From positions 128,830-192,829 of the forward strand of contig NIVC01000623.1 of assembly GCA_002269645.1 (NCBI GenBank): a DNA stretch of 64,000 bases, in the 5' to 3' direction. Numbering within the stretch: position 1 is the stretch's first letter; each line of letters starts with the position of its first letter. This document shows, one piece after another, positions 37,201 to 48,820 of the stretch. Source of the DNA: Macrostomum lignano (Eukaryota). The notes below the pieces were generated by a model. It was given only the letters and a program-made list of their open reading frames with translations. It was not told the DNA's origin and searched no databases. Made by a program: the position numbers and the translations under genes.

Positions 37201-40200
37201 CCAGTCTCAATGAGAATCGCCCTCCAGTCTCAATGAGAATCGCCCTCCAGTCTCAATGAGAGTCGCCCTCCAGTCTCAATGAGAATCGCCCTCCAGTCTC
37301 AATGAGAGCCGCCCTCCAGTCTCAATGAGAGTCGCCCTCCAGTCTCAATGAGAATCGCCCTCCAGTCTCAATGAGAGTCGCCCTCCAGTCTCAATGAGAG
37401 CCGCCCTCCAGTCTCAATGAGAATCGCCCTCCAGTCTCAATGAGAGTCGCCCTCCAGTCTCAATGAGAGTCGCCCTCCAGTCTCAATGAGAGCCGCCCTC
37501 CAGTCTCAATGAGAATCGCCCTCCAGTCTCAATGAGAATCGCCCTCCAGTCTCAATGAGAGTCGCCCTCCAGTCTCAATGAGAATCGCGCTTCAGTTTCG
37601 GGCGCACGCATTTGAAATCAATTAGTGTTACAACGAGTTCCGCTTTGACTCAAAGGCATTATTCGCCTTTGACGCAAAATGAAGCCGGAATTAACATTAA
37701 AGGAATTAATCAGTTCATAGAGAAGGAATAATAATAATTACAGAAAGGGCCCGGAGGCAGAGAGACGAGAGGAGAAAAAACCGGCCAGCGTCCCCAAGAA
37801 AAGGAAGACCCAGTTTTAACTAGAAGTCCCATGGGAAAATCTACCCAAGAGAAGAACCGTACGGAAGGCGACCTACGGCTGTCCATTTTGGCCCAAAATC
37901 TTCTCATGGCTGCTCAAAGGACTTTAAGAAGATGAATTTTCTGTTTAAGATTGGATTGTGAAGGAATTGGTTAAAAACGTTGGGGAGAAACTGGTTGCAG
38001 AATTAGTTGCTGGGGCAATTTAGTTAGTTGCAAAAGTTCGACGAACATTTTTGTGCCGAAATATTCTTGCATGCTACGAGTAGTGCAGATTACTGCAACT
38101 CAAAAGTTGTAGGCGCATCTAGAGATCTAGTTAGATCTAGACGGGATGATAATATTTTGAAGAGATTAGATTGTGAGATCGAGATGGACGAGAGATTCGG
38201 TTTGGGAATAGATTTTGTGAGATCTCGATAGATAGGGGAGAAATTAGATGTGAGAATATATTTAAATATCTAGAGAGAAAATTGTGAGATTAGATGAAGC
38301 GATCTAGTTGCTACAGGAATCAAGCGTGGATGCTGATGCAGCCAGCTGAATAGGCTGCTGCGGGAACAAAAGTGCAGCTTCATTTAGATCCCCACTCGAG
38401 CTGCTCTCCCCTCCCCTTCCCGATTCCCGCGCCCCACCCTCTGACTCAATTTCCCCCTCGCCTGGTCCCGCTCCCAGTTCCAGACGGCCTCTCGTTTGCC
38501 CCCCCCCCACCAGCGCGCCCTCAATTGACATTTCAAATCTTTCAAGCCAAGGAGCTCTAGATACAAATATCTGGACTGTGAGCTGTTCAAATGCTTTGTT
38601 TAAAGAAACACGAATGCAACTTATTTGTTTGTCATTTGTCAGCCTTTTCCCCTTAACATCTAAGCGATCGATAATTTACAACTGACCCAACTCCAGAATG
38701 CAGAACTGGGGGATCTGCTTGATCTGCTGGTCCCAATTTGTAGTCGGCTTGTCCACGCGGATGCAATTCCATTTTCTGTGTCCGCACGCGCTGCTGGGGT
38801 TTTTTTTAATCCCCGGGAGGGAGGAGAAGGGAAGCTGGAAGCTTGCAGCTGGAGAATCCGGTAGGATTATGTCTGATCGGAGGGATCGGGGGGCATGGGA
38901 TGGGATGGAACATATTCGGGATATTAGCTGCAGCGGCCTCGAGATTCAAATGGCAGAGCATCGTGCTGACTGCTGCCCCGTTTGACCCCGGTGGATATGA
39001 TGGGGAAAAGCCGCTGCCTAATCCCCGGGAGCTGTAGCTAGCGGCCTTTGAAAATTGACTCTTTCCCCGGTCCCAGACAGCTCGTGAGCATAGCGCAGCC
39101 CTCGGTGAATAAAAGCAAGTGCAGCAGACACCCCCGCAGACAAATCAATTTGGTTTTGAGCTGCCTGCCCTCTGAGCTGCCATGCACAGCATGCGGCTAG
39201 AAGTATTCTCAGAAAGATTATCTCTAGCGGAGATGGGACAGCCAGCTGAATTCCAATACATGTGCTGACAAACTTGTTATGTAAATTGATTTTTTACTAA
39301 GATTACCTTGCCCAGCTGAGCGAGAGGCAAGCAGTTTCTATATCTAAGAATATTCTTGCGAAAACAGAGAGTGTACATGCCCGACGATTAGAAAGTCAGG
39401 GGCCGCTGTACACCCCGTGTGAGCGTCTGCATGCCCATCGAAATAAGTAAATAGCTGTAAACTAATACAATTTTGAGTTTAACCAGACATTTGCAAACAA
39501 AAATTCAATACTATTTTATTCTTACATTTTGTTTGTTTTAAAATGCAAAAATTGTTTGGCGAAAATTTAAAGCTGAATTGCTAGTCGCGTCGAATAAATT
39601 ACCTATAAGTAATAAATCCATTCTAGTCCAACGGCTTGGCCCGAGTCGCAGCGTTGCTTAGCAACCAGGCCAGCTCGGAGTCCGTCCGAGCCGAAGCAGC
39701 CGGAGTTGTCGCCCAGGTGAGCCAGCCGGGACTGCCGGGCCGCTGCCAGGACCTCCTGCTGGGCGCACTGGTGCCCGACACCGACAGGCTGATCCGGGCG
39801 CTCACCAGTGAGTAAAAGTGCACTGGCAGCATTTTTTCAAATACGATTTGTGCCGATATGTATCGAAACAAGGAAGAACATTTCGGCACTTTCTGGACAA
39901 TAAAGCTTTTTTCTGTTCATAGCATGGCATATTCTTTGTGCATCAGAGTAGAAATCTTGATATTGAGCAGTTAGCTACTGCTCAACAATGGCCTCCTACA
40001 ACACATGAAGACTTCTAATTAATAATTAATCAGATGCCTGGGATAAAACCCATATTATCGAGATTTTCCGTCGTAAATTTCGTCTGGAGAATACTATAAT
40101 AGTAATAAGATAGTAAATAGGAATATATTGAAGACTCTTAGCTCTTTAGTTGGAATCGTTGGAACCCTTGCGCTCCTTGTGCAGACGTTCTTGGAGTTCA

Positions 40201-41315
40201 GTAAGCTGCTTTCAGTGGTCTGTAACGGCGGATCTGTATCTGTTAATAATAACTGAGTACACCTGCCCCAAAGGGCAGATGTGCAACCGACAGCTCAGCC
40301 GCAGCTATTGCGCGGCGCATCTGAAGGCTGCGTACGGCTGTTCAGTCCAAGGACTGGGGTGGGGGGACCACACAGCCTCAATTACCCCAGCTAATGCTGG
40401 CACCCATTTTACAGCTGGGTGAACTGAAGCAATACAGAGTTAAGTGTCTTGCTCAAGGACACAAATTGTTCCGAGTGGATTGAGAATCGAACCCCCGACC
40501 TTTCACTCGTTAGTCCGATGCTCTAAACCACTAGGCTACAACCCCCTTGGTATTATAATGTTACCCACAGAGACTACTCAAACACTTTGAGTAGTCCCTA
40601 GTTACCCGTTGCTAAGCCGTAGCTGCGCGGTAACAGCACAACGATTGCTAAGCTGTAACGATTGATAGAATCGCGGATATCATAGCAAAATCGCACATTT
40701 ACTTTTAACTCTGCCGCAGGACTGTGCCAGCAGACAGCCAGTCCGGAAGCTTTCCTACTTGGCGCGGCCGCTTTGGCTAACATCAGCCAAGTCAGCCTGG
40801 CCAGTCACGATTACATGCGGCGTCACGCTACTGTCCGAGTGTTGGTGTTGGCATGCCAGCAAGGCAAGGCTAGCAGTGCTCAGGCCCGCGACCAGGTGGC
40901 GGCGGTGCTCGCCAACGCGGCATCCATCAGCGGCCAGGCCAGCGAGCTGACCAGAGCAAATGCGGCCGAACTGCTGCTGCAGTTCCTCAGCGAGCCGTCG
41001 CTGTCAGCGGCCTGCGAACAGCTTCAACAGAGAGCAGCTACCGCGGTCGGCCGGCTAGCGAAAGATCCTGGCAGCGCGCAGGTTCTGCTAGAGCTGGGCG
41101 CGCACAGACGACTCGTGCAGCTCTGTCGCCATCCCGAAGAGCGGCGTTGCTCCGATTCCGTCCTGCTGGCCGCTCTGGCCGCCCTACGGCTGCTGCACGA
41201 CGCCTGCGGACCGGCGGCCTTCCGTCGACGCGATCTGGCCGAATTGGTGCGGCCTCGTCTGCTCGGAGCGCTGGCTTCTTGCTCCCAGCTGCAGGAGTCC
41301 CTCTGCCACTCCTAG
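25260..41315 (+). CDS. insc: inscuteable orthologue (spindle-orientation adaptor, ARM-like repeats); exons 25260-25512, 25933-25996, 26105-26231, 30935-30990, 32510-32768, 36419-36544, 39627-39807, 40720-41315 (~553 aa)
   Basis: N-terminal LGN/Pins-binding-like segment ([28 protein letters not shown]). Further segments resemble human INSC as recalled: [115 protein letters not shown]...CSQLQES. All eight exons join in frame through GT-AG sites. Exon 4 and the exact start codon are the least certain parts. Confidence 0.92.
25560..25915. repeat. 23-bp intronic minisatellite CATATCTACTCAACTCTCCACCT (insc intron 1)
   Basis: About 15 copies. Confidence 0.95.
26385..26995. repeat. 18-bp intronic minisatellite CCCATTCACTCTCTGTCT (insc intron 3)
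   Basis: About 33 copies. Confidence 0.97.
27625..28850. repeat. 15-bp minisatellite CCCCTCATCCCCTCT decaying into a CT-rich tract (insc intron 3)
   Basis: Direct reading. Confidence 0.95.
29445..30880. repeat. 22-bp minisatellite GTTAGACACTCACTGAGATAAT (insc intron 3)
   Basis: About 65 copies with ordered variants. Confidence 0.96.
31700..32460. repeat. 22-bp minisatellite GTTAGACACAGACATATCACCT (insc intron 4)
   Basis: About 33 copies. Confidence 0.96.
32800..36408. repeat. 30-bp minisatellite TCTCTAATCTAATCATGCACCTGTTCTGTG with ~1.0-1.1 kb higher-order periodicity (insc intron 5)
   Basis: About 120 units; a shortened marker unit (GTTCTGTATCTAATC) recurs near 32935, 33955, 35060 and 36200. 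Confidence 0.97.
36690..37590. repeat. 23-bp minisatellite CTCCAGTCTCAATGAGA(A/G)TCGCC (insc intron 6)
   Basis: About 38 copies. Confidence 0.96.
40244..40545 (-). mobile_element. tRNA-derived SINE with a conserved central domain (Deu/Nin-like), in insc intron 7
   Basis: On the - strand: A-box TAGCCTAGTGG, B-box GGTTCGATTC, then GTGTCCTTGAGCAAGACACTTAAC and CAGTTCACCCAGCTGTAAAATGGGT, ending in a short (TTA)n tail. No target-site duplication was identified. Confidence 0.8.
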
Positions 41316-43619
41316 CCTTTGACAGCCTGGCAAATTACTTGTACATTATTATCTGTTTTTTGGATTCCCCCCGCACGAGCATGGGCGTAGCATAATGAAA
41401 GCGTACATGTAAGTGGATCGGACGTATGCTCAAATTCCAAATAGTGCAAGTGAAACTATATAATCCTTTTGTATAGCATGTACATGTAGCATGTAGTATT
41501 TTTATTTTTTTCATCGAGAGATTCCAGTGTGTGTACCATCGTGTCAACTATCAAGATATACTCACCCATATTCGCAAGCACGATCTACATGTCCATGAGC
41601 TGCATGTAGCTGCACCTGACCTATATACTTCAGTCATTACCCTGCAGTCATTGCCAAAAGCTGTGAATTTTAGCACGTATAAAGTATTTCTTTTGAATAA
41701 AGTTGCGATGCACTTTGCGATGCGATTGCAAAAGAGAATTTACAAATTTCTTTAAATTCTCTTTTTTTCAACAAAGAAACACTGTAAAAATTACGTGTAC
41801 TTAATTAAAGAATGGACGAAACTTTATTAAATGTCTTTTCGAACTTCATTTATTATTATAGTTTTTATCAAAAAGTTTGTTGGGACATTCATAGAGAAAA
41901 GATAATTAGCCATTATAATTTTCCCAAAAGTTTCTGGTCTGAAAGTAGCTATAGTCTCCACGAATTAAAGTTATAATTATGGTAAGCCAACGCCAAAATA
42001 ACGGAATTTTTTTACATGGATGAGATGAAGTGGCCAGAAATTCAAGCAAATTAATTAGGCTTATAGTTGTAGTTAGCTAGCTATAAATTTTGCAGAGTTA
42101 GCTACATTGTAGCTATATCAAAGCTTAAATCATGCAGTTCGAGATGAACTCCACTAAACTGAGGTGTCAAAGGCCACTCCGGCAAAGTGATTCACTTAGT
42201 TATAAGTGATCAAAATTTGATAAACAAATCAAAACAAATTCTTCTATAACAAGGTATTTTCTCAAAGAAACATATTCAGTAAATTCGTTGAAGTGTACAG
42301 ACATTTAGATTCTTCAAGAAATTTTAATATGCATGTTTCTTAAAGTTAATGGTAAATTTTACTTTTTTCAAAATACGCCAAGGTGCAGCCGTCGATCTGT
42401 ATGCACAGCGCACCTAATGATACTTTGAAGCAAGTCGCAGGCTCTAAACATTAAGCTTCTAGCACGCGTACCTTGTGAAGTCTGAGCTCTAGTCCTGTAT
42501 ACTAAAATCCATATACTAAAAAGCTGAACTAAAAAGGTAAGAAATGATACATTTCAATAAGTAGACCTACAATACAAGATCTGTCTGAGACTGTAATGAA
42601 TTAAATTCTTGTGGTCGCCATTCAAATTCTCCTTCTCCGTACTGGAGTTAAGTAAAAGAAATTAAAACAAAGACGCTGCCAGGGCAATCAGGTTTAATAT
42701 TTGCGAAGGTTAATATAGGTCGACTGTATTATTTTAGTGATAACCATTCTGTTTTTAAACAGAAAATTACCTTGCCAATCTTGAGGGATATTGAACCTAA
42801 AAATATAATAATTTTCTAAAACAATTAAGTATTATTTTATTTAATTTTGTTTATTTACAATTATAGAGTTATGATCTTTTGAATTTATGTTTTCTAATTG
42901 AAATGATCTAGTGTCCAATGAATATCTCTGCTTTTCTCATGGTTGGCATTTCATGAGGATTCATTATAGGCTTATGGTTTATGTCTAAATCTTCTGGGAC
43001 AATTCAAAACAATCTGCACAAAAGAAAACAATATAATTAGTTTGATTTCTTTTTTTCAATATATTAATCTTTCAACAAAAATTTTCAAATATATTTATGA
43101 AACATAAATTTTAACATATTATGTCTAAATGCATGTTAAATATATATGTATTATATTTAGTTCCAAGCTTTCTTATATCTAAAGCTGAGTAGATGAATCA
43201 ATTGATTGACTGGCTGGGTTTAACGTGTATCTCCTCCTAGATAGCTGCCAACTCAAATGCAAAATTTATATATATATCAATGCAGAATTTTCCTACGCAA
43301 CAAATACACAATTTTAATGTTGAAAGTTTCAAAATTAAGTCTATAAAAACAGAAAACACTTTTTGTAACCTTTGGCCACTTTGCTTCTCCAGTGGAAAGT
43401 TGGTGGCATGTTTGTAAAAAGAACCACCCAACCTCTGCCTGCAGGCTGCTATGTATTGGAGGGGGTGGGTGACATGTGTTCTATGTTCAATGCAAATAAC
43501 CTCCCCAGTGCATGCCGTGTTGAGGCTGCAATTAAATTTTAACGATACCCCCGAAACAGGGGGGGGGGTCAGGCTGAGTGTACAAAGCAATGTAGAGTAT
43601 AAACAGTGGCTATAAATAG

Positions 43620-44572
43620 CTGCGACTGTGTTGAGAAAAGACAGTAGATATGAGAAATGAGAGATTAAAGATAGCAAAGGGGAGAGAAGAGGGAGTGAGG
43701 CTGGAATGAAGAGGGAGAGAGAGGAGAAAAGATTGTAGAGGGAAGAAAAGAGAGGAGAGAGGAAAGATAAGGGAGTACAGAGGAGAGAGAAAAGAGAAAG
43801 GAAAGAAGTGAGATAAGATAGGAGATGTAAAGAGGACAGAGGAAAGATGAAAGAAAAAAGAAAAGGATAGAAAGAATATAGATATGTGACATGAGAGCAG
43901 AGAGAGACAAGAAAATAGAGAATACAGGATAGAGGAGAGAATAGATAAGAGATGACAGATGAGAGATGAGAGATGAAAGAAAGAAACAAAAGGAGATAGG
44001 AGAGATGAGGCAAAAAGAGAGAAGCAAGAGTAGAAGGGAGAGAGGAGAGATGAGAGAGCAGAGGAGCAATACAAATATGAGAGAAGAGAGGAGAGAAAAG
44101 AGAAAGGAGAAAAGGGAAGAGATGGGATAGGGGAGAGGAAAGGGGGATAAGAGAAGAAAGGAGGGAGTAGAGCCAAAAGATGAGAGAGAAAAGATAAGAG
44201 AGTAGAGATGAGGGAGGAGAAGAGAGAAGCAAGATAAGAGGGCAGAGGAGAAAAAAGGGGAGAGATTAAATAGGAGAGAGGAAAGAAGGATAAAAAAGGA
44301 GAGAGAGAGGAGGGCACCTCCAATCTCAGGCACTGACACAGTAGAAAGGACTGAAAAAAGTCAATTTAGTTGGATTGCCAATATTTCAAATTAGATAAAT
44401 TCTGCGTCAGGGCTGGAAGCCAGTAAAGTTTATTTGGCGCGAATTGCCATCAATATATAATGATGATATCGCCAGGGAGAGACAATTGTAAATGGGTATG
44501 CTCAAACACTTAAAACTATATGCATGGCCAATACATTAAAACAAGTCTAAGACTCTGAGAGAAAGAGAGAGA

Positions 44573-44620
<48 letters not shown>

Positions 44621-44770
44621 AGAGAGGAGAAAGTAGGGAGGAGAGATGAAAGAGTAGAAAAGAGAATGTAGTGAAAAGAAAGAAGAGAGTAGATATGAGA
44701 GCAAAGAAAGATGATAGATGATAAGATTAGAAATGAGAGACCAAAGAGGAGAGAAGAGACATGAGAGAGT
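43620..44770. repeat. GA-rich low-complexity tracts (43620-44330 and 44550-44770)
   Basis: Purine-rich irregular repeats plus a (GA)n run; ORFs 43237..44339 are artefacts. Confidence 0.9.
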
Positions 44771-45282
44771 CTCAGTCTGAATGATAGCAGTAGAGAAATG
44801 GTATTGAAGAGGTTCTATAGAGAATTTAGAAGATGGAATTCAGGTCATGAGATTCAGCTGATGGATTTCAGGGAATGGAATTCTGGTAATGGGAGTTCTA
44901 TCCCCTTTCTTCTCCTACAGAGGAGTCGGCCTCATTATATCTAATTCCAGATATAGTATCAGTCTACTATCCATATAGTATCTTAATATTAATATGTATA
45001 TATGTCTTTGTGATCTATAATTGATTGTTTCTGCAATTTGTTATATATATACAAATCTATAGCATCTGGGTCATTCCTTATTCCTTATAAACAATATATA
45101 TATTGCTTCTTTGTCCCAATAGGAACTTTGCCATTGTTTGGTCCTAAGTCCAGAATGAGAAAAGAAAAGGGCTACCATGGTATGCAATTTGTCATTCTTG
45201 CATTAGTAGATTTTTGCTTTAATTTTAATAGGTAGGTTTTACCAAAATGCAGTTAGGATAAAGCCATTGAACACTTATTGTT

Positions 45283-46520
45283 TATGAGGGTCATCCCAAA
45301 AGTTTCAGCAAATGCCTACTAATTTTCAACAAACCAGTGTTAGAACAATGAACAGGTCAAAAACCTTCAAAATAACTTCCATTGACTTGAATTGTGTGCT
45401 CCCAGCAGCCAGGCAACTTCTGAATGCCGTTAGCAATGCCGGATTCGCACAGGTCTTTTGCAATGCAGCCAACCTCGCTGAACAGGTCATTCAGGCAATG
45501 GAAATGACACCCTCGGAGCTGGTTCTTAAGCTTCAGAAAAGGTCGAAATCGCAGGGACTGAGGTCTGGGGAGTAAGGAGGATGAGGCAGCACCTCCCACT
45601 GGTAGTCCCGCAGTAGGTCCTGCACAATGTGGGCTGTGTGCGAACTGGCATTGTCATGCAAAAGTGGACCAAGTTCCAGGGTCTGTGGCCACCTTTTGCA
45701 CAAGGCAAGCCAAAGATGGTGAATAATTAAGCTCCAATAGTACTGTTGGTTGATGTTTTGGCCCTCAGGAATGCGGTGGATGAGAATAATGCCAAAGCTG
45801 TTGTAGCATGCGATGATCATCATCTTGTCGGCTCCCTTGGCATGCCACAGAACTGATGGTCTTGATGGCTGGGTAGAACCTTTCAACTGCCACTCGGAAT
45901 TCTGGCTCTTGAGATTGGGCTCATACAAACAGATCCAAGTCTCGTCAAGCATGACAATACAGTCTAGGAAAGCCAAACCCTCTCTCCTGAACCGATGCAG
46001 AAGCTGCTGAGCAGTTGTCACCCAACATGCCTTGTCATCCGTGAGATGGTGTGGCACCCACCTGGGTGTGACCTTCTGCAGTCCAAGATCCTGGATAAGG
46101 ATCCAATGCACACTCAACAAGGGGATTCCGGACAGCTCAGCCATTTCTTTGCATGTCCAATGGCGATCAATGTTCAGCAGCCCATGTTCAATGTTCGACT
46201 CTGTGCAAGCTTCTTTTGGCCTTCCAGATCGTAGGTCATCCTCGACATCAGAGTGGCCATTCTTAAATTGACTGTACCAGTTGTACACGGCTCGCTGGCT
46301 CATCGCATTTGGCCCATGGGCCTGTAGCAACTGATGGTGAATTTGAGCTGCAGGGACACCACAAAGACATTCCATTTTAATGTATGAGTGCTGCTCCAAG
46401 TTCGACGGAAATTCCATTTTATCGTTGTCAGCCGATGTTTGATTTAGTATCTCATAAAATGTTCTTTAGAAAACAGAATTTCGCAGCTAGAATGCTAAAA
46501 ACTTACTCAGACACCCAAAA
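45283..46520 (-). mobile_element. mariner (DD34D) DNA transposon; full-length but decayed transposase at 46417-45357 with one frameshift near 45535
   Basis: Motifs RSGRP, WVPHHL, LDETW, LHDNA and HPPYSPDLSPCDF. After the frameshift the frame continues as LKLKNQLRG..F...GIQKLP..WE......GSYFE. A TIR-like TATGAGGGTCATCCCAAAAGTTT lies at 45283; the other TIR is not clearly preserved. Confidence 0.92.
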
Positions 46521-47599
46521 TATGCTCATCTTTCGTGTGGATATGTGCTATAGTCCTATTTTTCATATTTTGGTAAGTTAGTAAGTTAGCAACCAATTTA
46601 ATTTAATAGTTTTTAGCCTTATGATCTACTCTTGATATATTCCTAAGTTTTATACTTTTATTTATTATATTCTCATAAAATATATTATGGTTTTGTTAAA
46701 ATGATAATGATAAAATAATTTTGAGGAGTAAAACCTATATAAGGATTATATATCTAGAAAATTGTCTAACATTAGTCAAATATTACTTTCTATTTAAGTT
46801 AATAATAATTAAATTTGATATTGACATAAGACAAAAATCCACTATTGTTAAATAACTAACTAGTATACTTTGATATTAGCATATAACTATATATGTAAAA
46901 TGAAAGTTTGAAAATAATTTGCGAAAGCATTTTCCAGAGTTTATAATTTGGCACTAACTGCCACTCCTATAGTCTTATCTACTGTAGAAATATATAAATG
47001 TATCCATATGCACATTGTATAGCTATATTGTAGCCTACAAATATTCCTATTGGGACCCAACTTAAAAATAAGAAAAAATGGGTCAATTTATTCTCAATTT
47101 TCATATTGTTGGGAATTTGGTACCATTGGCTCAAATTTTAGCTAGCTAGGGACCAGTCATGAGTATGACATAAAGGCATGTGCAAAAAATCAATGATAAA
47201 TGATTGTCACTAACTTTTGTCCTATGATATCCATGCAATTAAACAAATATAATTACAATACTGTATGCAGCATGGTAACTAACATTTTGAAGGCCAGTAT
47301 AAAGCAATACAATTAGCTAAACCCTGTCCCTGAAGCACTGATGCTTAAGCTAAGCTGAATGGAGCCAAATTCAATTAAAGAATCTGCTGTTAGTTGCCAG
47401 AGAATTGTAATCTTTTTCTTATACTTTTAGTGCATGTCTGACCCTGTAGACTTTTAATGCTAGAAAATTCATTCAATGAATTAAAAAGGCAGGATCAAAT
47501 ATCAAACAACGAAAGTAGTTCGTAGCTGTGAACCAAATCCCTGCATCGTGGGATCTAAAGTATGGCCAACTACAGCACCAAATTCTTGCTCAAATTAAG

Positions 47600-48820
47600 C
47601 TTCGTCCGGGCTAGCAGCGGCAGCAGTAGCATTGGCGATGGATCGCCTTGTTGGGCTGGGGCAGCTTGGCTGCTTTGGCTGTGCTCTTGGCAATTGCACG
47701 TCCTCCAGCCTGACGCTTCAACTACCATTTGGCATCACAACATGCCGTGTAAGTGCGCTGAAGGTGGGCGAGAGGTACCTTTACATCGTTGTTTGACAGG
47801 TGTTGAATTATAACATCAAGTTTGTTGCCGTCCGCAGGCAGCCGAACTTTGTCGCCAGAGCTACGACTGGTAAACGAAGTCTCTTGCAGCTCCTCCTCAC
47901 TGAAGAGTGCGAAGCGCAACAGACTTTCAAGAAGTTTAGTAGACACGTTGACGTCCTCGCAACGCTTGCATTCGTCTATTTGACTCTGAATGAACCTACA
48001 GTCCATAGATTGCACCTACATGCATTGTGTCCGAAAAAAACGGGGCATAATAAATCTGCACATTTTTATTCTATTTTATCTTGGAAAATATATTTGACAT
48101 ACAAAGCATTGGAATACTTTAATTTATGCTCCATTACCTGCATCTCCGGAAAAGCCGCAGATAGTGGGGCGAGAACGCGGTCATTGTTAGATTTCAACCG
48201 GCAGGTGATTTTTAATTGGCGACTGATGTCTAGTGGCGCAGCATTCTCGCAGTCTTCGCCGTCATCATCGCTGCATTCATCTTTAGCCCCAGAAGTTATG
48301 GCGGCAGCGACAGACAACAAAGCGCGCCGCTTCATCTGCACAGCTTGCACTTTGGCGTCCGTCAGCTGCTCCTGAAGTCGCGAAGATGCACCTCAAAGGG
48401 CTTTTAATGCGCAATCTCGCTCTTCGAGCTGCTTCGGCGCTTTGTCCTGTTCCTGACACAGAGCCAGCGTCTCGCTCTTCTACTTTTTAAGTTGCTTGTC
48501 CTTCCTGACGCACTCTGCGCAGCTGCGCATGCACTATGCAGATGTTCCTTTAATTCCTCCGGCTCTTTACTGGCATGGCAGAGCTTCAGGTACTTCCGGG
48601 CCTGATCCATGCTGACATAGGGGCCCTTGGCCGGATTTCGCACCGCGTTCTTTTTGTTGGATCTGGCTACGACAACGGAAACCACTTGCTCAATAGTCCG
48701 AAACCCGTCGTCCAGATCGACGGCATCATGAAATACATGTTCATCGTTGACAATGGTGCACTGCTGCTTACCCATCTTAAACTGGACAATCCAGTAAGAT
48801 TCTGCAACCTTAGGTGGCAT
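47600..48820 (-). pseudogene. decayed spliced gene: coiled-coil region plus a BEN-like domain
   Basis: Segments MPPKVAESYWIVQF..., LQEQLTDAKVQAVQMKRR...FPEMQ|gtaatg...atgtag|VQSMD...LLRFALFSEEELQETSFTSRSSGDKVRLPADGNKLDVIIQHL...CCDAK. The LFSEEEL...KLD.I pattern resembles BEN domains. Contains in-frame stops and a frameshift. Confidence 0.5.

Noticed and set aside
38300-39050. GC-richer patches in insc intron 6 suggesting a nested gene
   Set aside because: Only short ORFs with no motifs or consistent splice chain.
40460-40545. tRNA gene
   Set aside because: Has A and B boxes but continues into a SINE body and tail; no complete cloverleaf could be drawn.
43237-44339. Three overlapping L/S/F-rich ORFs resembling membrane proteins
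   Set aside because: Reverse-strand translation of a GA-rich low-complexity tract.
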